Below, piece after piece: positions 12,201 through 23,703 of a DNA stretch of 64,000 nt. Position numbers and translations under genes: made by a program. Within the stretch, counting starts at the first letter, position 1. Each line of letters starts with the position of its first letter. Location: positions 3,472,001 to 3,536,000 of the forward strand of contig CM102288.1 in assembly GCA_046563655.1 (NCBI GenBank), written 5' to 3'. The notes beneath the pieces are model-generated. The model saw only the letters and a list, made by a program, of their open reading frames with translations, was not told where the DNA came from and did not search any database. The DNA is from Yuukianura sp. NJ FZ-2021. Lineage: Eukaryota.

Positions 12201-15200
12201 ATTGGAACGTGAGCAGCAGCATTCCAAAAATGCTGCTCGAAAGTCGCGGAGTAGCATTAGAGGGCAGAGTAGAGGGATTAGTAGCATCAGCATTAGCATT
12301 TCCTGCGATGAGGCTGTTCCGTTCGGAGTCGGTGCATTTGCCAAGGGATGGATCATGTGGTGCATTGGGCATAGGGATACAGCATTTGTGGACAATTGTT
12401 TTGGCAGTTTCTAGGTACTTGAGGCCATCTTCCTTTGTAATTTTGTTAGTGGCATTGGTCTTCTGCATGTCTTCGAGGTGCTTGGTGTAGTCAGCAGTGA
12501 GTTTCTTCAGTTCCTTGTCACTGTAGTAGTGTCGACAGCCCAGTATGGCAATTCCAATAATCATGTCTGACTTAGACTCACGTCGAGGAGGCGATGGACT
12601 GTCACTTTGGCCAACAACCGTAAGGCTCAAGATACTGGAGAACACGACAGCGACGGACAAGATTCGACTCATGTTTGAGCTTGCAGGGAAGAGCTCCGAA
12701 GTTCAGATTCGGAGACAATCGGAAGGTATCGCTGTCCAATGGGAACCAAGAGTTAGCGGACAGCCTGGAGCGAAGTCGAGCTCACTTTCAGATTATACTG
12801 ATCGATCAGCAGATCAGTAAAGAATCGATGCTGCATTACGACTTGTCGATTTGTTAGAATCTTATTACAGTTAGCTAGGAAACGAAACGGTTGCCAAGGA
12901 AAGAAATTTTACAAAAAAAAAAGGAACACAAATTTTGCGTTTTTTGACCCTATTGAATTATGTGTTGTTTTGATTTTCTTTGCTGCGGAAGACAAACGGA
13001 AAAACGTCACATGTAAAGTTACTATGCTAAAAATTTGTGCGTCTTGAATTTGAATTTTCTGAAATTTGAAAATTTTGAATTTTTGGTTGACGTTTTTTTT
13101 TTTGCTTTGGTAGGCTCACCACCACAAATTGAACTTCGACCTGCCCGTCAAGTTGTACGCCGGGGCGATACTGTGTTCAGTAAGTTTTTGAAAAATTTTG
13201 AAATTCAGGAATTTTTTAGAATTTGGAAAATTTCTGCAATTTTTATGGTAAACTTTTAGTACATTGTGCTGCAACTGGACAAGAACCAATCACAATCAAT
13301 TGGTCACGTGTTGATCGCAGTCCGTTTTACAGGACAGGTGAAATTTTCAAATTTTAAAATGATTTTTTTTTCTGAAATTGAGGTACTATTCGAAAATTTT
13401 GAATTTGAATTTCAGTTACTGTCAATGGCCCTGATCTGATGGTGAGTTTTGGTCTCTTTCACTTTTAATTTTTTCTAACCCGGTGAAAGAAATTCCAAAC
13501 CGGAAGTTGTATATGTCTTCGAAATCCAAAGTATTTAAACTTTTTAAAAAATATTTCAAAATTTAAGTTTTCAAAATTTCACTTTCAGTTCCGTCCAATC
13601 GAAGTACATGACGCAGGAAGATACGCTTGTACAGCAACCAACGCCGGGGGAACAACTGAAGCTGTAGCTGAAGTCATTGTGAATGCCGGTGGCAGTCAAC
13701 AGGGGTCAAACGTTTTGAGCCGAACACCACGACCGGCACGAACTCGGTCTCAAACCGGTACGGCCGGTCAACCAATAGAACTGCTCTGCCGGTTAGATGG
13801 ACCAGGCATAATTTGGAGCAAAGACAATGGACCGGTACCGAGAACTGCGATTCCGCTTGGACCAAGCCTAACGCTGATGTCACTTTCGGCCAATGACGCT
13901 GGACGATACAGTTGTGAATCGGACCAAGGCTATGACGAAATTGAGTTGTCTGTTCAAGGTAAGATTTTCAAAATTTTGAAAAATTTTAGAAAAAAAAAGT
14001 TTTCAATCCTCTTGGGACACTTTCATCAAAAACATCGCTGGGTAACTTTTCTAACTTTTGTTGCTTTTCATCACCTCTGTTTTTAATCATCACTTTTTTC
14101 AAAAAAGCACTTTCTCCAATTTTCAGTTTTCAAAAAAGTGTGGGCATGATAGAACTTCAGGGTTAAAAAATTGCATGTTCGAAACTCCAAAATATCAAAA
14201 TTTTGAAAATTTCAGAATTTTCTAGTTTCTAACCCCCTTCAACTAAGGTTTCTATTGCATGCTGGGGTGTTTTTGGTTTAGTTTTACCGTGTGTTAACCC
14301 TTGACCTTTAGCCCGTCCTCATGACGCTGACCGCCGTGAGGAAGAAGAGAAGTGGTCATGTCAACGCGGTGGTCAACTGATTCCAATGAGTCAACTGTGT
14401 GACGGGGAATACGACTGTATCGACGGAAGTGACGAGCGACACTGCGACGATCCAGTGTTCACCAGACGCAGCAGACACCTTGAGAGGCAACAGCGTAACG
14501 CTGCAGGAGTGCTGGGTAACATAACCAAATACACTTGGCTTTACTTAATACCGGGCACTGCACGCAGGCGTGGTGTGGTTTTACTTTTTTGTTCAAACAG
14601 CTTTTTTAAAACAAAAACTTGGTAATATTTTGAAAAATTGTAGTTTTAGAACAATTGCTTTTGGGAAGGAAGCTAAAGTTGGAAATTAGAGTAGTTTTCG
14701 GGAACTAATTTTAAAAATTCAAATTTTGCAGCGCTGGACCCCGTTACAGTTCGTGTAACGGCGAACAAGGATCTTGTTAGTGCTGGAGAAGACGTTGACG
14801 TTCGCTGCGATGTCGCTGGAGACTCCAATCCGTACATTCGGTGGCACAAAGTGGGCGGAGCCATGGGCAGTAACGTCAAAATCCGCGAAAACGTTTTGTC
14901 CATAACGTCTGCCATGCCAGACAACATGGGCGTGTACAGATGCGTAGCCACGACGAAAAGCGGAATCTACGAAGACGACTATGCCTTGACTATGCAAGGT
15001 TGTTCAAACAGTTTTTTTTTTAAAAACCGTTCAAAATTTTCCGTTTTCAAAAAAAGTTCTTCACATTTCATTAAAGTTCCAATCTTCTGGATACGGCAAG
15101 TTTTAAGTAGTAGACAGGCTTTACCAATGCTATCTAACTTGGTTTTATTCTTGGGCTAAATTGAATTTTAAAACAAAATCTAAAACTTTTCTAACAAAAT

Positions 15201-18194
15201 CTTAATTTTTTGAAATTTTTGAACTAAAATTTGAAATTTGGTTTGAATTTCAGCAAACCCTGCCAACATGCAACGACTGGAAACGCGGATGGTTCCTTTT
15301 GGATCGACCGTGAAGTAATTTTTTTTTTCTAAAAATGCTGAAGTAAAATTTTTGAACTTTCTAAAATGTTGTTCTAAATTCAAAATTTCGAACAGAATGG
15401 AGTGTTTAACTGATTTGGACAATCCAACAAGCTACACTTGGTCAAAGGAAGGTGGTTTAGTACCTGACCGAAGCACAATGGAGGGCCCTACACTCACAAT
15501 TCCCGATCTGAATGACCAAGATTCCGGAATCTACGTCTGCACCGCCGCAAACGCCGTGGGAACCGTTGACATTCCCAAGGTCCTCACCGTCACTGGCGTC
15601 GTTCCTTACTTCACACAAGCTCCAGCATCATACATGACCTTGCCAACACTTTCTTCCTACCATGACATGGACATCACCATTAGTTTCAAACCAGAAGACA
15701 AGAACGGCCTCCTTTTGTACAATGGACAACGCAAAGACGGCACTGGAGACTTCTTTTCCTTTGGCCTAGCCAGTGGTGTGCCACTGTTCAAAATGGACAT
15801 TGGGAATGGCCCAGTGACGGTCAAGGGTGACCGGGCAGTTGAAATGGGCAAATGGTCCACCGTGACATTAACGAGAGACAAAGTGCGTGTGTCAATGACT
15901 ATAAATGGACAAGGGCCATTCATGGGTCAACTGAGAGGGACATTTGAAGGACTGGATTTGATTGAACCGCTGTATGTCGGTGGCGTGCCGAACTTTGGAC
16001 ATAACAATCGAGCAGCAGGATTTACGAAAGGATTTGTCGGATGTATAAGTGAACTGATCATTTCTGGAGAGAAAAAACAGCTTTTCAGGGAATCGCAAAC
16101 GAGTCGTGGAGTTTCGACTTGTGACACATGCGCAGTCGTGTCTTGTCTCAACGGTGGAATCTGTCAAGAAGGACTGACAAGTCGTGGATACAAGTGTAAG
16201 TCGCTTTTTGAAAACAAAAATTTCGAAAGCATTTTGTTTTTGGGAAAGTTTTTGTGTTTTTGAAAAGTGCTGAAATTTGTTGACCTTTGACCTTAGGCAT
16301 CTGTAACCCCGGATTTAGTGGCCTGGAATGCCAGATTCCAGTGGAAGCTTGTCGTCCAGACGTCTGTGGCCCTGGAAAGTGTATCAACAGCCCCTCGGGC
16401 TACGAATGTCAATGTCCCTTTGGAAAATCGGGACAACGGTGTGACGAAGATGTGGAGATCAGTGAACCAGCGTTTCGAGGCAACTCGTTCTTGTCCTATC
16501 CAACTCCAAAAGCCCTGAAGCGATTGAAGATGAGCGTGCGCATGAAACCTGAGAGCACGGAGGATGGACTCGTCGTTTATAGTTCACAGAGTTACAACGG
16601 AGACGGTGACTTTGCCGCCCTGAGTCTCAGGGACAGTCACCTCGAATTTCAGTATGACACCGGGTCAGGTCCAGCAGTCATCCGGAGTCGGTAAGATTCA
16701 AATTTAAATTTTGGCGCCAAATGTTCTAACTTTTGTGTTTTTTAGTCGATCTGTTACCATTGGAGAGTGGACGGAAGTGACAATGGAACGCGATGGACAA
16801 GATGGAGCCCTGACTTTTGAAGGCGAAGAGGCTGTCAAGGGACGCTCACAAGGAAATACTAGAGGACTCAACTTGAATACTCCGCTGTACCTTGGAGGAT
16901 TTGACCGTTCAAGAATTCAGGTCAACTCGCATGTCAAGGTCACTCAAGGGTTCAAGGGTTGTGTGTCCAAGGTATGTCAAAATATGAAAAATTTGAAAAA
17001 ATTCGAAATTTTGAAATTAACTTTTTGTTTTCATCAAATCTGAAGCTGGACGTTGAAGGAATGCCGTTGGATTTGATTCGATCGAAGTTGGATAGCGCCA
17101 ATATTGGCCAGTGTGGAAGTGCCGAAAATATTCCACGGTGCGCCAGTAACCCTTGCCAAAACCGCGGATTTTGTACTGGCAATACAACAACGTACAGTTG
17201 CTCCTGTCCACCGGAGTTCACTGGCCGAAACTGTGAAGTTGAAAGAGGTAAGGCCACTTTTATGAAAAACGAATCTTTGTTGAGGAAATTATTGTTTAAC
17301 TAATAATTTTTGAACTTATGACACAGTTGATCGATGTAGTAGCCAACCCTGTCAGAACGGCGGAAGTTGTCATAACATAGGAGATTCTTTTAAGTGTTCA
17401 TGTCCCAAAGGATTTCATGGAAGAACTTGCCAAGATGGTCAGAAAGTTTGGAAATTTCAAATTTTGATTTTGAAGTCGAGCTTCAATTTTCGAATTTTGA
17501 CTGTTTCTAGCCCTGACATTTGACGAATCCCTGGCATTCCGTGGTGAAGGCTACTTGGAACTGCGTGGTGGCCTGTTTCCACACTATGACCCCGAGGCTG
17601 AAGAGTTCATCCAAATTGAAATTTCCACTACTAGCAAGCATGGTCTTTTGTTTTGGCAAGGTCAACGACCACACGAGGACGGAATCGTCAGTGACTTCAT
17701 TTCGGTGGGACTCGTGGACGGAAAAGTTGAATTTGCTTGGGATTTGGGTGATGGAGAAAGCAGCGCCTACAGTGAGAAAGCTGTGGACGATGGAGAGAGA
17801 CACACGGTAAGACGAAACAGAAATATTAAGGTTTTACCGGTTTGATTTACCGATATTGAAAGAAAATTTTACCGGTTTGATTTTCAAGATATTGACCGAA
17901 GATTTTATCGGTTTGATTTACTTTTAGATCGTTTTGCATCGAAATGGAGTTGAAGGAAGCGTTGAGGTTGATGGAGAAATTGACGCCGCGACGAGTGCCG
18001 GTACCGTTCAAATGCTCAACACGCCCGGCAATATTTTTGTGGGCGGAGCTCCGAACGTCCGTGGCATGACGCATGGTCGTTTCAGCGACGGATTCATTGG
18101 GTGTGTACACTCCGTTAGAATCCAAGGTCCAAATCCGCTCAATTTGAACCAAGAGGCCATTTCAGCCGTCAATACGGGACCGTGCCAAAAGTAA
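286..18194 (+). CDS. trol: Perlecan (basement-membrane heparan sulfate proteoglycan core protein), 5'-partial, many exons; alternative last exons may extend it to 18461 or 19411
   Basis: Spliced translation gives the perlecan domain order: LDLa repeats ([35 protein letters not shown]), Ig ([15 protein letters not shown]), LDLa, Ig, three laminin-B/laminin-EGF blocks ([20 protein letters not shown]), many I-set Ig domains, then three laminin-G domains with EGF repeats ending [16 protein letters not shown] introns keep frame wherever checked. The N-terminus lies upstream of the window. Confidence 0.97.
8005..8097. repeat. Four spaced copies of GATTGGTGG (reverse CCAAT) in a perlecan intron
   Basis: Copies start at 8005, 8035, 8060 and 8089 within intron 7981-8105. 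Confidence 0.75.
10414..10519. repeat. 19-bp minisatellite (TTTGTGCGCAGTTGCGCAG, ~5.5 copies) followed by (AT)n, intronic
   Basis: Tandem units are directly visible, with few substitutions. Confidence 0.95.
12181..12672 (-). CDS. Intronless orphan secreted or GPI-anchor-like protein (163 aa), nested antisense in a perlecan intron
   Basis: ATG-TAA ORF with an N-terminal hydrophobic signal ([21 protein letters not shown]), four Cys, a Ser/Thr/Asn/Pro-rich linker and a hydrophobic C-terminus ([19 protein letters not shown]). It lies inside perlecan intron ~12079-13092 and is GC-richer than the flanking intron sequence. Confidence 0.75.
   Translation of the reverse strand: MSRILSVAVVFSSILSLTVVGQSDSPSPPRRESKSDMIIGIAILGCRHYYSDKELKKLTADYTKHLEDMQKTNATNKITKEDGLKYLETAKTIVHKCCIPMPNAPHDPSLGKCTDSERNSLIAGNANADATNPSTLPSNATPRLSSSIFGMLLLTFQLISKLI
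17821..17920. repeat. Three degenerate ~35-bp tandem units (core TTTTACCGGTTTGATTT) in a perlecan intron
   Basis: Three near-identical cores are visible in intron ~17807-17928. Confidence 0.7.
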
Positions 18195-20986
18195 GTCCAA
18201 CATTTTTTCAAAATTTTCAAAATTGGGGTTGATGGTTACACTAACAACTTCTTAACCAATGTTTTTCAACCTATGCTGCTCGGAACTTAAAACTTAAGAA
18301 CTTGGTGGTACCGTGCCTACCTGACGTCCTTTTATGACTATGAGACTGACTCAGGCTACTCAAAGCGAAGGGGCGGGGTCCCTTGGCCCTTAGTCCAGGT
18401 CCTTCTAATCGCTTCAATCCCAATCAACGCCACTAAAATTCAAAAACTCATTAACACCTAACCAACTAACTGCCCTGGCACAACCTAATAACTAAAAAGA
18501 CTCTAACACTCCAGACTCTGCCTTACTACACTAAAAACCACAGCAATCCATCCTGTTCTTTGCCCAAAAATTTCGAAAATTGATTCAAAAAGGTAGATTT
18601 TTAGACTTTGTTAGGCTTTTTCGCTGGTTTCATTTTTTTTATTTCTGCAATTTTAGAATCGTTGGACTAAATATTAGTTATATAAGGCATGCCAATTACC
18701 AGATAAACTGTCATTATAAACATGAAGAATTTTTTTTTAAATTGAAAAATATGAAAAGCTTTTTTTTTCGAATTTAAAAAAAAATTTCTAAAAAATTTCA
18801 ATTTGTATTTGTCCCATGTCATCTGACGCTGATCTACTTTGGGTTTTGACAGAAATTCTACTGATGGTAAGCAGAGGTGTCAAAAGTATATTTCTGTCAC
18901 CGATTATTGTTCAATGTTATTTTTCTTTTCAAAATCTCCTTCTTGTGAAAGTAATTGTCGATACTTGCAATTACTTGACCTCTCGTGACCTCCTGACCTC
19001 CGCCGAGGTCACTTCTATAAATGTGTAGCTCTTCTTTTTAGATTTTTCGTAGTTTGATGTCTAGAAACTTTCTTTTGGCCTCTTACGAATTTAGTTGTGG
19101 CAAAAAACTCTTCAGCACATACTGGAACCTCAGCTACTGCTTTGCGTTGTCGTTAGCTGCTTGAACTTTTTCGAAATGTCAACTTTAAAAATACTTTCTT
19201 TGTTTTTTAAAAACTTTTTCAAAATTGCAGGAGTGCTGACGGCCACGACCTAATTGTGAACCAAAAAAGAGAAGAGAAGATTGAGCGAGAGGGGAATAAA
19301 ACAATTAAAACTACGAAGGTGATAACGAATGTGACGGAGTATTACTACAGTAGTGAGGAGTATGGATACCCAGAAGATGCTGACTTCCATATGGAAGGGA
19401 GGCACAATTAAAAAAGTTAATTAAAAGTTAGTTAAAGTTAATTCAAAGTTAGTTAAAGTTAACTAAAAAGTTAAGCTGAGGCTATTTTTATCCTGGATTT
19501 TTAAGATTAAGGAAACTCTAAAGTGTTCTAAATTACTAAAAAGTTAAGTCGAAACAAAGTGAAAAATGGGCTGCTTGACCTTTGAAAGGTCAAAGGTCAA
19601 GTGAGGTCATTCTTCCCCGTGTCACTTCCTCGTGCCAAAAACAATAACCTTGTACATTGTTAACCTAACTAACTTTAATTTAACTTTAACTTTAATTATT
19701 TCTCAGTTAACACTTGTCTAACCATGTAAAAATTCTACTGCCTACAGTGCTAGTCTTCTAAAAAACAAAATTGTAGAGCTAGGAGCTAAAATTAGGTTAA
19801 CCCTTAACCTTAACCTAACAAGGTTAACCTGAATTAGGCTAACTTTGGATCAGGTTAACCAAAACCCGTGTGCTTAAGGATTAGTATTATTACCTCAACA
19901 CATAATCCTTCTGCTTTAAACTCATCAACACTAAATAATCTTTACTCATTTTTCATTACCTCAACAAGTCGACATGAGTTTAAAAAAACTTAGAAGCTTG
20001 AACAATTGCTGCCATTTTTTGAATTTATTGTTTTAAAAATTGTTTTTCGAAAAAGATCTTTTTTAAATTTCAAAAAAGAGTTAGATTCTAACTTTATTGC
20101 TGGAATTGACAATAATGAGAAAAAAAATCAACAGTTCTTAAGATTTTTAGAACAAACTGGGAAAACAAACTGCTTTTTAGAAATTAGACTTGTAAAAAAT
20201 ACTTTTCTAAAAACGTTTCAAATTCTCTTTGTAAAAAAATAATTTTAAATTCTTCAAAATATGACGACAATACTTACTAAAAAAAAGTTTTGGATTGTTG
20301 AACAATTTCCAGAAATTTTTGGCCAAATTTCACTTTAAATTCAAACTGATTGGTTTGGCCTAACTTTTGTGCCTTAAAATTTTTGAATTTCTCTCTATAT
20401 ACAAAAAACTACTAATATTAATTAATAAAATTAGTTATACTAATTAAATAATTTGTATTATACAAAATGTCCATAAATCCTTTGAATGCTAACCAAACAA
20501 ACTGCCTCTCTCTCAACTTGAATGATGACCCTTGACCCTTTCAATAATACCAGGGACAAAATATACAATAAGAGCAGTTAGGAGCTTTATAATCATTAGT
20601 TAATTAGTTAATTGTAATTAGTTAATTTTAATTAGTTTAAGTAGGAACAGGACAGGAGCTTACTCTAGAAAAATTGATTCCGAAAAGTAAACCAAAATTG
20701 TAAAAGCAAGTTTGTTTTTTTGGAGGATGTTAGGTTTAAGTGGTGCTAAAATAAAAAAGTGTCATGCACAATAATTTTGTTGTCCAAAACTCAAATTTTG
20801 TGGTGCGAGTTTTGAATGTTTGTGTTGACCTCTTGACCTTTCGTTCTCAAAGTTGATAAATAGCAACAAACATACGTCATTTCAATTTCAGACGACCAAG
20901 GTGTATCAAATTTAAGTTCTATGAACAATTTTTGTTTTTGAAATTTCGCTTTTTAAAAATTTTAGAAGTTTAGACTCTTTTCACAA

Positions 20987-21932
20987 ATGACGACAGTGAG
21001 TAAACAAAGGTCACTTCCACTGGAGGTCATAATCAGGCTAGGTCAAGGGTACGTTGACCTCTTGGCTCGACGTCCCGTCCTTGTCAAGTCTGTTACAAGG
21101 TAAAAATTTTCTACACAGGAGTTTTTCACAAACTTTTTTGAACTTTCTTTGAAACTTTTTTTTTACTGTTCCAGTGGTTTGATCGGAGCTTTTGGAAGTT
21201 TTGCTGCCCAGAAAGTTGGAGCGAAGCCTGATGGGTCAGAGGTGAACTTGCGTAGCATTTTTGCCTTTGGCGTGTTTGGCCTAGGTGTGTCTGGACCGTT
21301 GGTTCACTTTTTCCTGAACTGGTTGGCACGACATGGACCGACCAATCCCATTCTCAAGGTCATCATAGACCGATTCGGATTCGGTCCACTCTTTCTCCTG
21401 CTACTGTTCTACTTGCTTCCAAGACTCGAAGTGAGCTGATATTTGGACAAAATTTCCATGAAAAGTTTGCTTTTTTATCAAAATGACAGTATTTTCAAAA
21501 TTTTTAGCCAAAGTTTGTGCTAATGTCTTTCAGGCTTTTATGTGCAATGGGTTTTAGACAAAGCTTGCAATGGGAATCTTGCTAATTTTGATATTCACAG
21601 GGCAGGAGTCACGCGGACGCAGTGGACCAAATCAAGAAACTGTACTGGTCAGCACTCAAGATGAGCTGGAAGATATGGATCCCTGTTCAGCTAATTAACC
21701 TCAATTTGATTCCGCTCCAGGTAAGCCCAAACATACAACTTGCTTAGTTAACAAATTTGTAATTAACACTTATTTGCTAATTATCGCTGTTTGCTAATCT
21801 CGCTGTTTGCATTTTGTGCAGTACCGTGTACTGGTGACCAATCTTGTTTCGGTAGGCTGGAACATTTACCTCAGCCGAAGGAGAGCCAAGGAGCAAGAGC
21901 AACAGGAAGAGCTGGAGGACAAGGACGATTAA
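20987..21932 (+). CDS. PXMP2: Mpv17/PMP22 family membrane protein (PXMP2-like), 4 coding exons
   Basis: Spliced: MTTVSK...YVDLLARRPVLVKSVTSGLIGAFG...GPLVHFF...IDRFGFGPLFL...LKMSWKIWIPVQLINLNLIPLQYRVLVTNLVSVGWNIYLS, which are the typical Mpv17/PMP22 motifs. Confidence 0.85.
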
Positions 21933-22436
21933 TTTGGCAAAATTTGCAAAAATTTCGCAAATATTGTTAGAAGCTTTATGAGAAAGTTTCTCTCCTTTTG
22001 TTTCTCGCGGGAATTTGTGACCTTTGACCTTGACTTTCCCATGTACTTTTGAGTAATCTTTCAGCAAATCGTATACTAATTGTAAGTATGTAAACTAACT
22101 AAAGTTGCTCGGCAAATTTACTTTTCAAGTGATTTTCTCAGATTTCTATTTCCTTTTGTAAATCAAGAAAGATTCGTCATTGGGCAAAAACAGCTCCAAA
22201 TTTTTTCTCGTGTGTACGAGGGCGTCAAGGGCAGATTTTGTGGAAAAAACTTGTACTTTCTTATTCCCACCCACCTTTCGCTATTTTTTCTCTCAATCTT
22301 TATTAGCATTGGCGTAATTCAGCAAGGTTTGGAGTATGATGCTTGCAAAAATCCAAGTGTACAATTTTTATTTGCAACAACTGAAATCATTTGGGAATCC
22401 AGAATTTTAGTAGTCTAGGAGGAGATTGTAAGGAAG

Positions 22437-23503
22437 ATGGACACGGAATACTCGTTAGCCAAGAAAAACGAAGTGTCATGGGTTCCACTCACGGCAAGTT
22501 TAGTAGAATACCCAAAAGGTTTGTTCTAAAACTCACTTTTTGAAAAATTGTTTTAAAAATGGCTTGTCATTACTTTGAATTTACCTCATGAATTTTGTAT
22601 TTGAAAAGGGGACTTGCTGGGGCTGTTTTATGCCCTGTCCAGCCTAGCTCCTATGGCGCTTCATTGTGGATTCATTGCAGTTTGTGTCTTTCGACGTGAC
22701 CTGTTGACCTTATGCTTCTACTTTGGTTTCATCTTGAATTTCCCCGTGAATCAACTGCTCAAACGCGTCGTGAGACAACCACGCCCAGTCCGTGGCCGGG
22801 AGCAATTCGGAAACTACGGTATGCCAAGTTCTCATGCCCAGCACTTGTGCTACTTTGCTACCTTCGGAACGCTCGTCTTGTTTTTCAGGTGACCTTGACC
22901 TCTCAAAAAGACACAAGGTGAGGCGCATGACCTCAAATTTGAACTAATCATGAGCTTCCAGACAGGAAATAAGAAACGAAAGTTTTTCCAAAAAATAATT
23001 GAGCTTATTTATGTGTTGTTTTTTGACAAGAGTTCCAGAAGGAAGTTCAGTTGAGCACATTGGCCTGACCTTGATACTTGTGACTGCTGCTGGACTAGTG
23101 TCGTACGGTCGCATCTACCTATGTTATCATACGGTGACACAAGTCGTCGTAGGCGGAAGTGTCGGTTGCGTCATAGGCGTCTCGTGGTTTGCAATTACGC
23201 ATTTCGTGCTCACTCCCTGGTTTCCGACTATCGTTTCCTGGTGAGTGAATTTCTTAGACAATAGACTATGAACTACTAGTCTGAGATTACTTGAAGTTTT
23301 GAAATTTGGTTTTGGGTTTTCAAAATTTTGAATTTTGGCAATGAAGTGTCTAATTTTGGTGGCCAAAAATAACTGAACTGTGAATCTGTTGGTAAAATTT
23401 CAGGTCTACTATGAAATTCTTACTCATCCGAGATACCACAAACATTCCGCATCTAATGTGGTTCGAGTACAACAACACAATTAATTACTCAGAAAAAAGT
23501 TAA
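22437..23503 (+). CDS. DOLPP1: Dolichyldiphosphatase 1 (PAP2 family), 4 coding exons
   Basis: Contains VEYPKGDLLG, the PAP2 motifs KRVVRQPRP, YGMPSSHAQ and SYGRIYLCYHTVTQV, and the C-terminal LIRDTTNIPHLMWFEY. Confidence 0.93.
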
Positions 23504-23653
23504 TTAAAATTAAAAATTAGATTTTGAAAATTTTAACTATTTTCTGAAGGCAAATGCTAAGCTCGAACCATTCCTCTAAAAAAATAACCTGAAGAAAGCA
23601 ACCAAACATTTCTAAAAAAAAATCCAACAAGCTGTTGTACGGTGTTTTACCTC

Positions 23654-23703
23654 TGCATGAATAGTTACTCCCTCCACTTATGCATGAATAGTTACTCCCT
23701 CCA
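23654..23703. repeat. Short tandem duplication (TGCATGAATAGTTACTCCCTCCA x2, 27-bp period) downstream of the DOLPP1 stop
   Basis: Two identical 23-mers at 23654 and 23681. Confidence 0.85.

Noticed and set aside
11375..13169. RGD tripeptides in perlecan Ig domains (11375-11383, 13161-13169) as ligands for the nearby integrin
   Set aside because: They fall in ordinary Ig strand or turn positions, chance occurrence in a very large protein is likely, and there is no functional evidence.
19660..19865. Interstitial (TTAGG)n telomeric repeat
   Set aside because: Only scattered AACCT/GGTTAACC words are present, not a tandem array.
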